From Naegleria gruberi (Eukaryota), in NCBI GenBank assembly GCA_000004985.1, contig GG738851.1: DNA of 64,000 nt; one strand, written 5' to 3'. Made by a program: the position numbers and the translations under genes. The notes under the pieces were generated by a model. The model worked only from the letters and a program-made list of their open reading frames with translations, was not told the origin of the DNA and searched no databases. Positions 34,297 to 45,686 of the stretch are shown here, in pieces. The first letter of the stretch is position 1, and each line of letters begins with the position of its first letter.

Positions 34297-35814
34297 ATGA
34301 CGCGAATACTCTTATCCTATCAACCCAAAAATCCATTCTTTACTCTCATCATGATGGTTAATAAGTAAGTGGACACTTATAGGTCAAAATACAAAAGACC
34401 AAAATTTATTAAAACTACTTACTCTGAATCTATTTCATGATATAGGAATAACTATACGGATGAGCCCTGTACGGAACCTTATTTTCTAGCTGTAGATCCT
34501 CAGAAAATCACTCCTAATCATTTGGATTTTAGTAATGGATTGTTTGTGAGTGAGATTAAGGAACAATTATATTTACATAGTGAGGAACCTTGTTGGTTTG
34601 GATTGACAGCAAAGGGGAAAATTGCAATCATGATCGATGTTCATAAGAGTGCTGATTTTAATAGGACATTTCTTGATAAATGTAAGAGAATTAGTTTGGC
34701 ATCGTTTGAAACAGTTGAGGAGACTCTTGGAGTTGATGATTCCGTTGATTTGAGGTCGGAATCTGCTGCCTCTCCTGGAGCTCTCTCAACAACAGATTCT
34801 GTAACAACTGATAGACCTAAAAAATATGAGAGGAGAAAGGAATTAAAAGTGGACCATTTAACCAAAATGAAAAATGATGTCAAGCTGCTAATTGTGAAGG
34901 ATTACTTACATTCAAATTTGAATCCTATTGAGTATCTTCAAAAAGTTGCAATCAAGATTCGTCACTTGGATGGATTCAATTTATTAATTGGAGATTTTTC
35001 GAAGGGAATGTATTTCTATTCAAATAAGGATAAGGAAAAATGTATTTACGAATTGGTGCAAGGAGAGTATGCTCTGGGGCCTGTTCCAGGTCTTGACACC
35101 TGTACAGAAGTGTTTGAATGTGTAGATAGAGCAAAGAGAGAGTTTTTAAAAATTGTAAATTCTATTGGAGGCCATGAACTGGAGGAAGTTCCAACAGATC
35201 CAGATTTATTGAACTTTTGGATTGATGAGAAAAAGGCCACTGTCAAGGAAAAACGAAAACAACTCTCCGAGACATCAACCATAAGGTCACTCTTTCAAAT
35301 TTGTGAGAGAGAGGATAAGCTCATCATTGATGACAATGACATGGATCAGTATCTTGCATTAACCCCAACTTTGAAAGATCTATTGAGCTCAATGTTTATT
35401 AATCACCCTGTTTTTGGAACTGAACTTAACATGCTAATGATTTTGCATGATAACAATCAATTCCCAACAGATGATGAAATCATCAAGTCGTTTGGTAAGA
35501 AAGTTGCAACCTTCACCAAAAAGAAGAAAGGCAGTTTGCTAAGAACTAGCTCTGGTAACATTGTACCAACAAGACCAATTTCTATTGAAACTCCTGAAAA
35601 GCCTCCTCCACCAATGTTTAGTATTGATAGAAAGAAGTACTTGTGCAATTTATACATTAGAAAATACGATCAAGAATTGTTGACCCAAGTCAGGGAAGGT
35701 CATTTCGATAAAGATGACTTTTGGGAAACAATCATTCCAAAGAGAGGGCAGATTGAAGATACATTCTACAAATCAATTATGCAATATTTTTATGTGGATA
35801 CAAATGTCGACTAA
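34297..35814 (+). CDS. TANGO2 / NRDE-family-like protein with a C-terminal extension. Two exons: 34297..34364 and 34446..35814. Intron 34365-34445.
   Basis: The spliced N-terminus MTRILLSYQPKNPFFTLIMMVNK|NNYTDEPCTEPYF…EEPCWFGLTAKGKIAIMIDV resembles TANGO2 (MCIIFFKFDP…ANRDEFY…GGTWLGISTRGKLAALTN). Donor AA|GTAAGT, acceptor GATATAG|G. Confidence 0.45.
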
Positions 35815-36154
35815 GATATTAATTCATTTTGTAAGATCATCATAGATCCACTTGATCATTCTTCTCTGATTTCATGCATTCCAAATTGATGGGCGTATGT
35901 CAATTCTACAATACTCAAACTTCCCAACTGGGTCAAGGTAAGCAATACCAGAGTCAAATGACTGATTTTTCCATTTCAACCATGGTATTATAGCTTGTAT
36001 TTCCCAACTAGTAATTCAATAAATATAGAATAGTATTTATTGAAGAGATTAATTGTTTCGAAAAGTAACTCCTTTAATCCATAATTCAACCTTATTGGAA
36101 ACCTTACTTGATAAATACTAAAATGAGCAAATATTAAAGTACATTTCAAAAAAA

Positions 36155-38048
36155 ATGAATAAGCCACAAAAGAGAAACAAATTGCAAGAAATTTTAAAAG
36201 CGTGCGAAATACTTCAAGACGACTCGGATAAGATCCAATTGGTGGTCGAATACATCACCAAACAATTAAATATCAATGTGAAGAAAACACAATATCCGTG
36301 GATTGAAAAAGAGGAAACCCTAAAGTTCTTATTTGCTCTAAACATTACACCAAAAGAAACTCATCCACTTCCCATATGTGAATCCACCTTAGATATTCTT
36401 GTGGATTGCTACTACCAATTTATAGATACCGATAGCATCAAAGATTTATCAGAGTCATTCGAAAAGGCAGCAAAGCTCCTTTCCGAGAGTACGAAACAAA
36501 GAGTTCGGGCTCACCACATATTTTCATTAGTATCAAGTTTGCAAAGATTAGATTCAATGCAAAGAAAAGATCTGGGTGAAATAGTCGTTTCCAGTGCCAT
36601 TTCTTCTTTATTGGATGTCATTTGTTGCATTAAGGGCCATGTCCAAAATGGGTAAGTTGGAGTTGATTTTTGATTGTTATTGGAATTTAGTTTTAGTGAT
36701 CAACGAATAGATATACACTTGGATGATAGTGACTTGCCAATCTTTCATGTTCAAAGTGATGGCACTATTTCAACTGATTTTTCAACAATTCCTTATTTGT
36801 TGAGAGAAGATAAAAGTTTTGATAAACCTGAGCACTGGGAAAATGATTTTACCGATGCTTTCAAATTGATATTATCCATGAAAAGCACTTTAAGGTTTGT
36901 TGTTTTTCCTTAGATAGTAAGTTACATTGTTATTCGAAAGAGAACAATTATTTAAAGAAAAAGCAAAGAAGGAGGACAGATTGAAATACAACAAAGTATT
37001 AGGATTGAATTTCCTCAAAAGCAGGGCACATTTATTCTTGTTGGAAGTTGATTTGATTGAGGAAAATCAAGAAATCCTTCCACAATACTTCATTTCTCAT
37101 CGCCCATATTCCGTGGATATAGCCAATCTCATTGCAATGTGGCTCGCAATACTCAGATTTGCCAATGAGTATGCACCAAACAGGCCATTATATGCCAATG
37201 AAAATTATGGACCTATCCAGAGAACACCTTATACTAACTTGTCTCAAATTGAAGAGATAGTTTCCAATAGTTCTAGCTCAAGAGAAACTAAATTGCATAG
37301 TTCAACAATGAAGGTTTGTAAAAAGGTTATCAATTGTCACGAGAGCAAGGAAGAGCAACGATTTACATACAAAGTATTGAGTTCAACATTTTTAAAGAAA
37401 GTTACCAAAGATGAAATGAGCATTATTGTCAAATTGGTTGAGTTGGACAATTTCTCTCCGTATCTTCCAAGAATTCTCAATGTCTATTCGAATATAGTTG
37501 AATTTGAAGAATTAGAATGTTTGCCAAATCTCACCGAAGAGACCCTCATTGATTTAGTGATCGATATTTCTAAAGCTTTACACTTTTTGCATGAAAATCA
37601 AATAATACACAGAGATGTTAAACCTGCTAATATTATGACACGAAATTTTAATCACCACTGCAGAGAACAATATGTTTTAATCGATTTTGGTTTGAGTTTT
37701 TCCTATTCCAAGAAGGATGATCATTACATTGACAACAAAACTGGTAAGATTGTAACTGCCAATCTTGGAACTAGTTATTATAAGGCTCCAGAAGTGAATG
37801 AAGAAAGAAACTATCATGAAAAGATTGATATTTATTCGTTAGGTACTTCAATTATTCATTTATTAATGAATTCACAAAAAGTGCAAGTGACAGCAAACTG
37901 GAAACAAGAAGCTAAAGATTTGATATGGCAATTTTTAGAGTTTCAACAGTTGGTTTTACGAATGGTAGATGTTGATCCTAACAATAGACCAAGTGCTTTG
38001 AAAGTTACCGAATGTATGACAGATATTAGACATAATCTTTCAAATTGA
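36155..38048 (+). CDS. Protein kinase with an N-terminal non-kinase region. Three exons: 36155..36651, 36691..36894 and 36941..38048. Introns 36652-36690 and 36895-36940. The first two ORFs could instead be a separate upstream gene.
   Basis: The C-terminal ORF has HRDVKPANIMT, DFGLS, GTSYYKAPE and DIYSLGTS in kinase subdomains VIb to IX. It lacks a canonical GxGxxG loop. Junctions are GTAAGT…AATTTAG and GTTTGT…CGAAAG, and the phases match. The second donor is weak. Confidence 0.45.
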
Positions 38049-38131
38049 TACAACTCTGTTTCAAGAATTGAAAATGGAACATCACTTCCATCAAGAATGC
38101 ATATATTTGACAAATGTGTCTACCAAGATAT

Positions 38132-39898
38132 TTATTCATTTTGTAAGATAATTCTGGAATTTTCATAGATCCACTTGATCCATTCTTCTCTAACTTCATA
38201 ACTTTCAGTTCTACAACTCAGAACTCTGCCCATAGTTTTGATATGGAAAACAAAACCTTTCTTGTTTTCTTCCTCTTCACGATCAATTTCACATTCTTCA
38301 ATACGAAGGAATCCTTTCAAGGCTCCTCCCTTCTCTTTAGTGAAATAAAAGATGTAATTGTTGAGAAGAATAAAGTATCTCTTCTTCCAATTCTTCTTCA
38401 ATCTACCTCTCTTTTCGACCATACCAACAAATGTTGGTTTGAATTCGGTTGTTAATCTTTCAGCTGTTAATTGACCAAATCTAAATTCAGCAAGTTTAGT
38501 TTCGGCATCTGCAGAGCTCAAAGTCATACCATAGTTAAGATCCTTTCTTGTTTGAATAAGAGTTTCCTTGAGAACTTTGACACGCTTAACCAATTCTTCA
38601 ATCTTTTGACTTGTCTTCTTTCTAATTTCTTCAGCTGTGATATTTTCACTGTTGAGGAAATCTTCAGCACCTAAAACCTTCAAATCATCCTTTCTAGAAT
38701 CATTAACACGTCTGAGTTCTTCTTCCAATTCCTTGATACGATCAGCTTGTTCTTGATTCTTCTTGTCTTTCTCGGAAATGATTTCGTTTTTATCAGCAAT
38801 GATCTTTTCCTTTTCTTGAATGGTGACTTTTTGGTCAGCAATGATCTTTTCCAATTCCTCAATTCTCCTCTTGTATTGCTCAGAGAGATTGTATTGAACG
38901 TAAGCTTGTTTCTTGAGCTTTCTGGCTTCAACCTTGTATTTGTGAACTTTTTGTTCGACAATCTTTTCTTCAATTTCCTTAATATTGACATCTGATAGTT
39001 TTTTAACCAATTCCAAAAAGACCTTCATTTCTGGCTTGTTAATTTCTGGCATATCATCCTTCATCATGATCAAAAAGTTGTCAAGAATTTCTCTTCTCAA
39101 TTGAGTCATCTTTTCTGCATCTTCAGTCAAATCACTTTGCAAACCATTCAAATTGGTAGCATTGAACAAACTACTGACCATGGTCATGATCAATGTATTG
39201 ACACCAGTGTGAATATCTTCAGCTTCAATATGAACCATATTTGGATTCAAACCAAGCTCATTAACGGTAGCAATAATTCTCTTTGATCTTTCTTCCTTAT
39301 CTTCAATGGCCAAAATTTCTTCAATTTGTTCATCGGTGAATTGTTTTTGTGAATCATTTTCCTTTGCTTCATCTTCGTCGTCGTCTTCACCATTAGATGA
39401 AACTCTCTTTCCATTGAATCTATTATTAATATCAACAATGTTCTTAATGAGATAACAGAATGCTTCACCATCTTTCCAATCCTCTGAAAAGTTTACAACA
39501 ACCTTCTTTGATTTGGTTTGTTTCAAATTGTAATTCACAAAACGTGTTAATAATTGTTGAGCTGGTAATTTCATAAAGTCAACTACACTTTCGTGCTCTT
39601 CCTTGAGAGCAATTAATCTGAGAGAATGCATAACATTCAAACGTTTGGTGACATCTTGTCTAATAAGTTGCCATAATAAAGCCAATAATGGTTGTGGTGA
39701 TTTTTCTGCCAATTCACTTGGACCAATTCCAACAATTTGACAACCAACAGATCCAGATAGATCAATAACTATTGCTTGATTTTCAATCTTTTGGAATTTT
39801 GAAATTTCGTCCAAAGGTGCAATAATACTTCTCTTATTAACCTTATTCCAGTCAATCAAACCACTTTGAATCTTTTCAATCAAGTGCCTAATCATCAT
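38132..39898 (-). CDS. Protein with a calponin-homology-like domain, a coiled coil and a C-terminal PH domain, about 588 aa.
   Basis: The N-terminal region has …PLLALLWQLIRQDV…. The centre has long heptad-rich K/E segments. The C-terminus GMVEKRGRLKKNWKKRYFILLNNYIFYF…REEWIKWI is PH-like. The first ATG is at 39898; the track's start at 39907 is TTG. Confidence 0.5.
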   Translation of the reverse strand: MMIRHLIEKIQSGLIDWNKVNKRSIIAPLDEISKFQKIENQAIVIDLSGSVGCQIVGIGPSELAEKSPQPLLALLWQLIRQDVTKRLNVMHSLRLIALKEEHESVVDFMKLPAQQLLTRFVNYNLKQTKSKKVVVNFSEDWKDGEAFCYLIKNIVDINNRFNGKRVSSNGEDDDEDEAKENDSQKQFTDEQIEEILAIEDKEERSKRIIATVNELGLNPNMVHIEAEDIHTGVNTLIMTMVSSLFNATNLNGLQSDLTEDAEKMTQLRREILDNFLIMMKDDMPEINKPEMKVFLELVKKLSDVNIKEIEEKIVEQKVHKYKVEARKLKKQAYVQYNLSEQYKRRIEELEKIIADQKVTIQEKEKIIADKNEIISEKDKKNQEQADRIKELEEELRRVNDSRKDDLKVLGAEDFLNSENITAEEIRKKTSQKIEELVKRVKVLKETLIQTRKDLNYGMTLSSADAETKLAEFRFGQLTAERLTTEFKPTFVGMVEKRGRLKKNWKKRYFILLNNYIFYFTKEKGGALKGFLRIEECEIDREEEENKKGFVFHIKTMGRVLSCRTESYEVREEWIKWIYENSRIILQNE

Positions 39899-39963
39899 TT
39901 CATTCAATTCATTTCAATTCATTGAAATCCAAGTCAATTAACTTGTCTATTCATCAAAAAAAC

Positions 39964-40413
39964 TTACAAAAACACCAAACCATCTTGCAAACGATCAAAA
40001 ATCTCAACATTTTGTTCCAATTCTTCCGCACCAACCACTTCCAATGGTTTCCAATATTCAATCACAGCCAAATCTCCCAAATTTGCCAAAACATTTCGTT
40101 GTCTTCTACCACCACCACCAGCACCACCACTTCTAGGAGATAAAATTTCACCATTCTCACCATTTCTTTCCTCTGCTTGTTGTTGTAAAGTGCTCGTTAT
40201 GAAATTCCAAGAACCATTTTCAATCATCTTGTTCTTTTCTTCGGTGAATTTTTGAATTGCTTGTGACATGACAGTATTCACGTATCGAATAAAACAACGT
40301 TTCTCTGAACGGGTGATGGTCATGGTGCTACCATGAGCAGTGTGGGATTTAATGACGGATTGTCTTGGACGATGGCCTCCGTTGATTAAATGATTAGGTG
40401 ATCCATTAATCAT
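39964..40413 (-). CDS. Small hypothetical protein of 149 aa with a Gly/Arg-rich segment.
   Basis: ATG-initiated ORF. Its stop lies only 66 nt upstream of the next gene's ATG on the same strand. Confidence 0.35.
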   Translation of the reverse strand: MINGSPNHLINGGHRPRQSVIKSHTAHGSTMTITRSEKRCFIRYVNTVMSQAIQKFTEEKNKMIENGSWNFITSTLQQQAEERNGENGEILSPRSGGAGGGGRRQRNVLANLGDLAVIEYWKPLEVVGAEELEQNVEIFDRLQDGLVFL

Positions 40414-41477
40414 CTATTATTGAGTTTAGTATAGTTTGATGGTTTCGTATAAAATTATATAATAGGTGGAGATGAGGAAATTCATATGAATACATATCGA
40501 GGATCGTGGTCACAACATTGGTTGCAAGACAAGGATTTTCAGGTTCCACAAAATAATTGATGACGAGAATACTATTCGAAAGTGGGTGAAATAGACGAAC
40601 GTACCTTGTTAGGCGATTAAATCTTGTCAATTTTTTTGAAATGTTTGACCGTTCGTAATCGACGTCTTTCACATCTTGACAGGCAACCGATTTGACTCGG
40701 CTTTAGCCATCACAAGCTATTCGAAAGCAGAAACGAAACTCTAATTCAGCAAATTCAACAATTTTTTAATTTCAGTCCATACGGAGTTGTTTTCTTACAT
40801 TTGATATTTATTAGAAATCTTCATATTAATTTCATAGCAATATTCAATTCAAAGGTATTCGAAAGCTTTTTACACAACATTGAATATTGGAAAATCAAGT
40901 TTCGATTACAAGCGAGTCATTAAATAGTGTACTATTCATCTTTGGTAATAAGCATGATAGGAGTAACTGCGAGCATTCACTGTAGTTTACACACTTTACA
41001 AAAATACTATTATGGATTTGTGAGGAGGCTGAATGCAACATGCAACAAGCTACTAGAAGTGAGGAAGAACTTGATAAATTATTGAAACCTTCTTAAAGTT
41101 ATGTTACTTACTTCAGTGAACAAATTTAATTGAAAAGCTATCCTATAGAAAGCACACATTCTGTGACTTCATTCAACATTGTGGACGATCGTTGAAATGT
41201 TACGGCCTTAACCATGTCCAATGCAACAACAGTCTTGTTTTTTAACAATATGTGTGTGTAATGAATTCGATGATGTTTATTGGTGTGGTGTAAATTTCTC
41301 TTTCACACTGTGTGAATTGTAATTTAAGCGGTTTGATCCACGTTCAGTTTTGGTAATTGTGGACAATAAAAGACAAATATCTAGATATCTTGCCTTAATT
41401 AGAACTACCAAGCAAGAATTTTTGTTTTTGTTAAAAAATTATTTTTTGACATTTAGCTTTGTGGCAAGATGCAAAAA

Positions 41478-41890
41478 TTAAGGGTTACTTGCAAAATAAT
41501 ATCCAAAAACCAATTTGAAAGTAGAATAATCTCCCTTTTTAAGGCCCATCATACAATTCTTATACATTTTTCCTCTTTCTTCTGGTGAATTTTGCAAGAA
41601 TGAAATTAAAACTTGAAAAGTATCAGCATTAAAATCTTTCAAAACTTTTTCTCCTTCCTCTGATATCAACAATTTCTCCTCATTTTCTTCAAATAACATC
41701 TCAATAGGAGAAGTTTGATATTGTTGAATGAAATTGTCGAGATCCCTGCAGAAATAAGAAGAATAATTGATAAAATGTTGAGCAAGATACAGTTGGTTCT
41801 GATTATTTGGATCGATTGCTAAACCTAAGAAATGATGAAACTCAAGAAGTGTTGAGCAGTGAAGGAAAACATTTTGTGATTTTTGTGTCA
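41478..41890 (-). CDS. Hypothetical protein, about 137 aa from the first ATG.
   Basis: The ORF in the track starts at a TTG. The first ATG (MTQKSQNVFLHC…) is at 41890. Confidence 0.3.
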
Positions 41891-42229
41891 TTTGTTTTTT
41901 TTTCTTTAGAATTGAGTGGATTGTAGGCTGATTAGTTAAATAATAGAGGTCATTCCACAATATATTTATTAATAGAAGAGGGCTTGGAAAAAAAATTTGG
42001 TGTTTATTGAAGGGTCCATTTCAATTAACGGGACAAAAAAAATTGTTTTTATTTTTGGAAAGCTTAAAAGTTCAATAAAAAAATGATGATCAATCGGAGG
42101 CTAACATCTTCATAAATACAATGAATTAATGAATGAAAATTGGACCATACAGAGAAATATACGTCTGCTATCTACTATAAAAACTGGAACATTTTTAAAA
42201 AGAAAATAGTGTCTAAAAATTATGATTTG

Positions 42230-42684
42230 ATGCGTCGACCGGGAATTGAAATTTCCTTTTTTGGAACTCATTTAACTTTTAATTTTATGATGAAATTATG
42301 AATGTTTTATTTTATTATTATTCATGATGTGAAACATCATGTTGAATTCTGTTCATTATTTTTAATTCATGATGTGAAACATCATGTTGAATTATTAACA
42401 AATGTTGTTCTTCAATTTTTCATTGAATGTTGGAAATATTGGAAAGTTGGAAATAAAAGTTGGAAGTTAGGTAACGGGTTATGGAATTACCTAATGTGAA
42501 ATACATTGTAACAGAATTAACAAGAATAAAAGCAAAATCCTACATAGAGTTGGAGAACGGGAAATGAAATTCCCAAATTGAAATTGAGAAACAACTATTC
42601 ATTTCACAATAATTCATACTATCAAAATGAATTGAACCCGGGTCACGGCGATGGCAACGCCGTATTCTACCACTAAACCATCGA
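42230..42684 (-). pseudogene. tRNA-Gly(GCC) gene split in its T-loop by a 378-bp insertion. The 5' part is 42684..42629 and the 3' part is 42250..42230.
   Basis: The 5' fragment reads GCGTCGATGGTTTAGTGGTAGAATACGGCGTTGCCATCGCCGTGACCCGGGTTCAATTC and the 3' fragment reads TTCAATTCCCGGTCGACGCA plus T5. Joined they make a perfect 71-nt cloverleaf with acceptor GCGTCGA/TCGACGC, T-stem CCGGG/CCCGG and anticodon GCC. TTCAATTC is present at both junctions. Confidence 0.8.
42251..42628 (-). mobile_element. 378-bp non-coding MITE-like insertion inside tRNA-Gly, flanked by an 8-bp direct duplication, TTCAATTC.
   Basis: It contains two perfect 29-nt direct repeats (ATTCATGATGTGAAACATCATGTTGAATT at about 42316 and 42365), each an imperfect palindrome. 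It also has a (GTTGGAA)n microrepeat at 42425-42465, an 8-bp inverted repeat TTAGGTAA…TTACCTAA at 42467-42494, and an A-rich end. There is no ORF and no clear TIR. Confidence 0.6.
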
Positions 42685-42878
42685 CGCTTCTTATTAGTCT
42701 ATCAAATATTATAATAATAGATAGTGTGATTTAATAAACTGTCATCAATGAAGTGTGAACAAATGAATGGAGCGCCACATTACCAAAAAAAAATATCAAC
42801 CCTAAACGGTTTATCGTTTCAACATGTAGCCAAATTTTTCAAGAACAAAAAGCAATAATTTATCACCAACAAGAATAC

Positions 42879-44076
42879 TTGAGAATGATAAATCAAGTTA
42901 ATAGTAATAATGAAAATAACTCTTCTGATGATCACAAAAAGCCAAGAAAAACCAAGTTTCAAGAAATTCTAGAAGCACCGAAAGGATGTACAGAATACAA
43001 TCCTCATCAATCTTTTGCTTTGCAAGTATATTGGATTGTACGTTCCCCACGCTGCTTCTGAGATGATACAACATGGCTTTACTCCATGCGCATCGGCTAC
43101 ATCAAGGGATACACCAACAACAATAACCTACTTGTTCAGAGTTTCCAAAGATCAGAGATTAGCCGAACAGATGAAACAAGAGGTTCTCTCTATTGGACAA
43201 CACCCACACTATCAACCATCCTTTAAAAGTTTATCGATGGGAGTGCCACAGACAAGTGTAGAATTAAAATTGAGACATGGTGGTATTGATACAAAACCAC
43301 TCTCATGGGCACAAGATGAATCTATTGAAGCACATAGAGAAGAATTGGATTTTGATCCTGTTGTGTTGGAGTGCACTGAAATTTACTTGGACAATAGAAG
43401 TTTTTATGAACATGGAGCTTCTCGTGAGTGGATGACTTTCTCTGCTGAAATTCTAAAGCCAGCCAGATCATTAAAGCCAAAGACTTATTGTGTTGGTACT
43501 CCTTCTCAAGAAATTTGGGAGAAAACTCTCGAATCCTATTTAAAGGCAATTCGAATGGATGATGAAACTGTTGGAAAGGATATTAATCCTGGTCTATTTG
43601 TGCTACCTGAAAACTTTGTGGAGAATGTTGATTCAACTAGGTTTTTCCTAGAGTTGGATTTACAAGTAGAAAGAGACTGTATTGAAGTTGTTCGTCCATT
43701 ACTTGGTCAACTACAAAAAGATCTCAAAGCATCCTATATGATTATTCTTCCAATCAATATGGATAATGATAAGCCAACTGTTATTGAATTAAGAATCATG
43801 CTCTCATTTTCTCATTCCTCCAATATCGACCCATCTCAACTAAAAGCAATTTCCAACCAATGCAAGAATTTAGATGGAAGATTAATTGTTTTTGGAACTA
43901 GTGAAGAGGAAGATATCAACAAGGCCAATCATTTCGTAGAATTGACCTCTATCACTGATTCAAAACTTTCCATTCTTCACTCCAAACAAGCTGAAAACTC
44001 TATTCTTGCAGGCTATCCTCTTCATCCATTGATTAATACTTTGACTCAGAATGATCAATTACAATATCAAGTGTAA
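42879..44076 (+). CDS. Hypothetical protein of about 385 aa. Either two exons (42879..43025 and 43063..44076, intron 43026-43062) or a single exon starting at ATG 43063.
   Basis: A GTATAT…TCTGAG 37-nt intron joins the 60-aa ORF in phase to the 353-aa ORF. Alternatively the upstream ORF is a uORF. Confidence 0.35.
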
Positions 44077-44134
44077 TTCAATAAATTAATTTTTCACTAA
44101 GGCGGGAAATTGAAAAAAGTAAACGTTAAAAAAA

Positions 44135-45682
44135 ATGTCCCAATCTTCATCTTCACTCTTTCCCAAGAAGAATTCAACACCTTCTTCGTCCTCTCTGACG
44201 CCTCGATCCTTTAGTAAGCAACAGCAACAACAAAAGGAACCAACAACTCCATCCCGAATACAAAAAGATGGTGGATTCTCCTATCAAACACCAAATAATA
44301 ATGTAAATAATTCAAACAAATCTTTGGATGAGGAAATTGAATACTTTTCATCACCAGAGACTAGTATTGATATGGCTCCTAGTCCGATCAAGAATGATTA
44401 TCGGAAAGATCCAGAATATTCTCCATCATTATTTACCAAATATCCTTCACCAACACCTGTACAAAATTTTGATTTGGATTGTAATAATATTGATAATAAT
44501 CATAATAATAATTTGATGACATCAAAAAGAAAGGAAGAGGAGATTTATGATAATTTATTCGATGATGATGAAGAAAAACCAATTTTAAAATCTAACAGTT
44601 CATCAGCACCATCACTAATTCAATCAAGTACATCATCTTTGAATCGACAAACAGAACAATCATTTATACAAGAAACATTTCCATCAACTCCTAAACGATC
44701 GTCTCCTTTTCCTAAACGGTCAAATGTTGAAAATTTCTCAACACCTAATGCATCCAAGTTGGAGAAGAAATCTTCCTCGAGGAGAAGTCTTGAATCCTTA
44801 ATGGATACATCCACAATGGATTTGGAACAATACGAGCAATTTAATGTAGATAATATTATAATACCAATTCGAGAATCAACATCTAAACAATTATCAAGTT
44901 TGAGGAATGATACAAATGGAAATTTGGAAACTCCAGCTGTAACTAAAGTTGAGAAGAGACATCAGGAATTATTTCATCATTATCTAGAGGAAAAAGGGGA
45001 TTTGAGGAATGCAATGCTATTACTGAATCAATTCCATATGAAACAACACAAAATGAATGTTTTGAATTTTAAACTTAATTCGATCAACTTGGTAGCTAAC
45101 TTTGCCAATGCTGTGAATTCACAAAAACTTCAACTAGAACTCCATAAGAGTAAAAAGGTTGTGGCTAATTTAAATGGAAAAGTGGAATATCTCAATGATA
45201 CTGTAGAGGGTTTAAATCAGGAAGTTGAACAACACAAATCTTCTCTCTCCTCTTTCATGCAAAAATATTACAAAACGGTGGAAGAGCTCCAACAAAATCA
45301 ACTAGTTCAGAGGATGCAACTAGATGATATAATGAAGTTGAAGAGCAGAGAGGGAGTCACTGTAGACCTACTCATCCTTTTTGCAATGAGTTATTTGGTA
45401 CGAAAAAGTAGAATATTCCACAGATTTTTAAAGTTTATTTTCATGTTTCTTCCTTTCAATGGAATAGTCATTATCATTTCGAAAATTCTGGCAACGATTG
45501 GTTTAATGTTGTTATCGAGGAAAGCTGCCATTAAAGTAGGTGTTCATGCTGGGGCAACGAGTGTAGCATATGGACTCATCCAAACTCTACAATTTTCATT
45601 CAATACTGTAAAATCAATTTTCCAATTGTTGAAAATTGTTCCATCCTTAAAACCCCAAAATGATGATGAGAAGAATAAATAG
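44135..45682 (+). CDS. S/N-rich protein with a coiled coil and C-terminal transmembrane helices, 515 aa.
   Basis: Single ORF with a low-complexity N-terminus. Hydrophobic helices lie near the C-terminus (…VDLLILFAMSYLV…, …IVIIISKILATIGLMLL…). Confidence 0.45.
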   Translation: MSQSSSSLFPKKNSTPSSSSLTPRSFSKQQQQQKEPTTPSRIQKDGGFSYQTPNNNVNNSNKSLDEEIEYFSSPETSIDMAPSPIKNDYRKDPEYSPSLFTKYPSPTPVQNFDLDCNNIDNNHNNNLMTSKRKEEEIYDNLFDDDEEKPILKSNSSSAPSLIQSSTSSLNRQTEQSFIQETFPSTPKRSSPFPKRSNVENFSTPNASKLEKKSSSRRSLESLMDTSTMDLEQYEQFNVDNIIIPIRESTSKQLSSLRNDTNGNLETPAVTKVEKRHQELFHHYLEEKGDLRNAMLLLNQFHMKQHKMNVLNFKLNSINLVANFANAVNSQKLQLELHKSKKVVANLNGKVEYLNDTVEGLNQEVEQHKSSLSSFMQKYYKTVEELQQNQLVQRMQLDDIMKLKSREGVTVDLLILFAMSYLVRKSRIFHRFLKFIFMFLPFNGIVIIISKILATIGLMLLSRKAAIKVGVHAGATSVAYGLIQTLQFSFNTVKSIFQLLKIVPSLKPQNDDEKNK

Positions 45683-45686
45683 TTTA

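Noticed and set aside
39907-39964. Fusing the 149-aa ORF and the CH/PH gene by an intron.
   Set aside because: The downstream frame has an in-frame TGA immediately 5' of its start. No AG acceptor exists in the short open window, so no splice can join them.
42251-42628. The tRNA-Gly interruption could be a group I intron or a tRNA intron.
   Set aside because: Nuclear tRNA introns sit 1 nt 3' of the anticodon, not in the T-loop. The insert is AT-rich and hairpin-rich and lacks a GC-rich P3-P7-type core. The 8-bp direct duplication of TTCAATTC is typical of transposon insertion.
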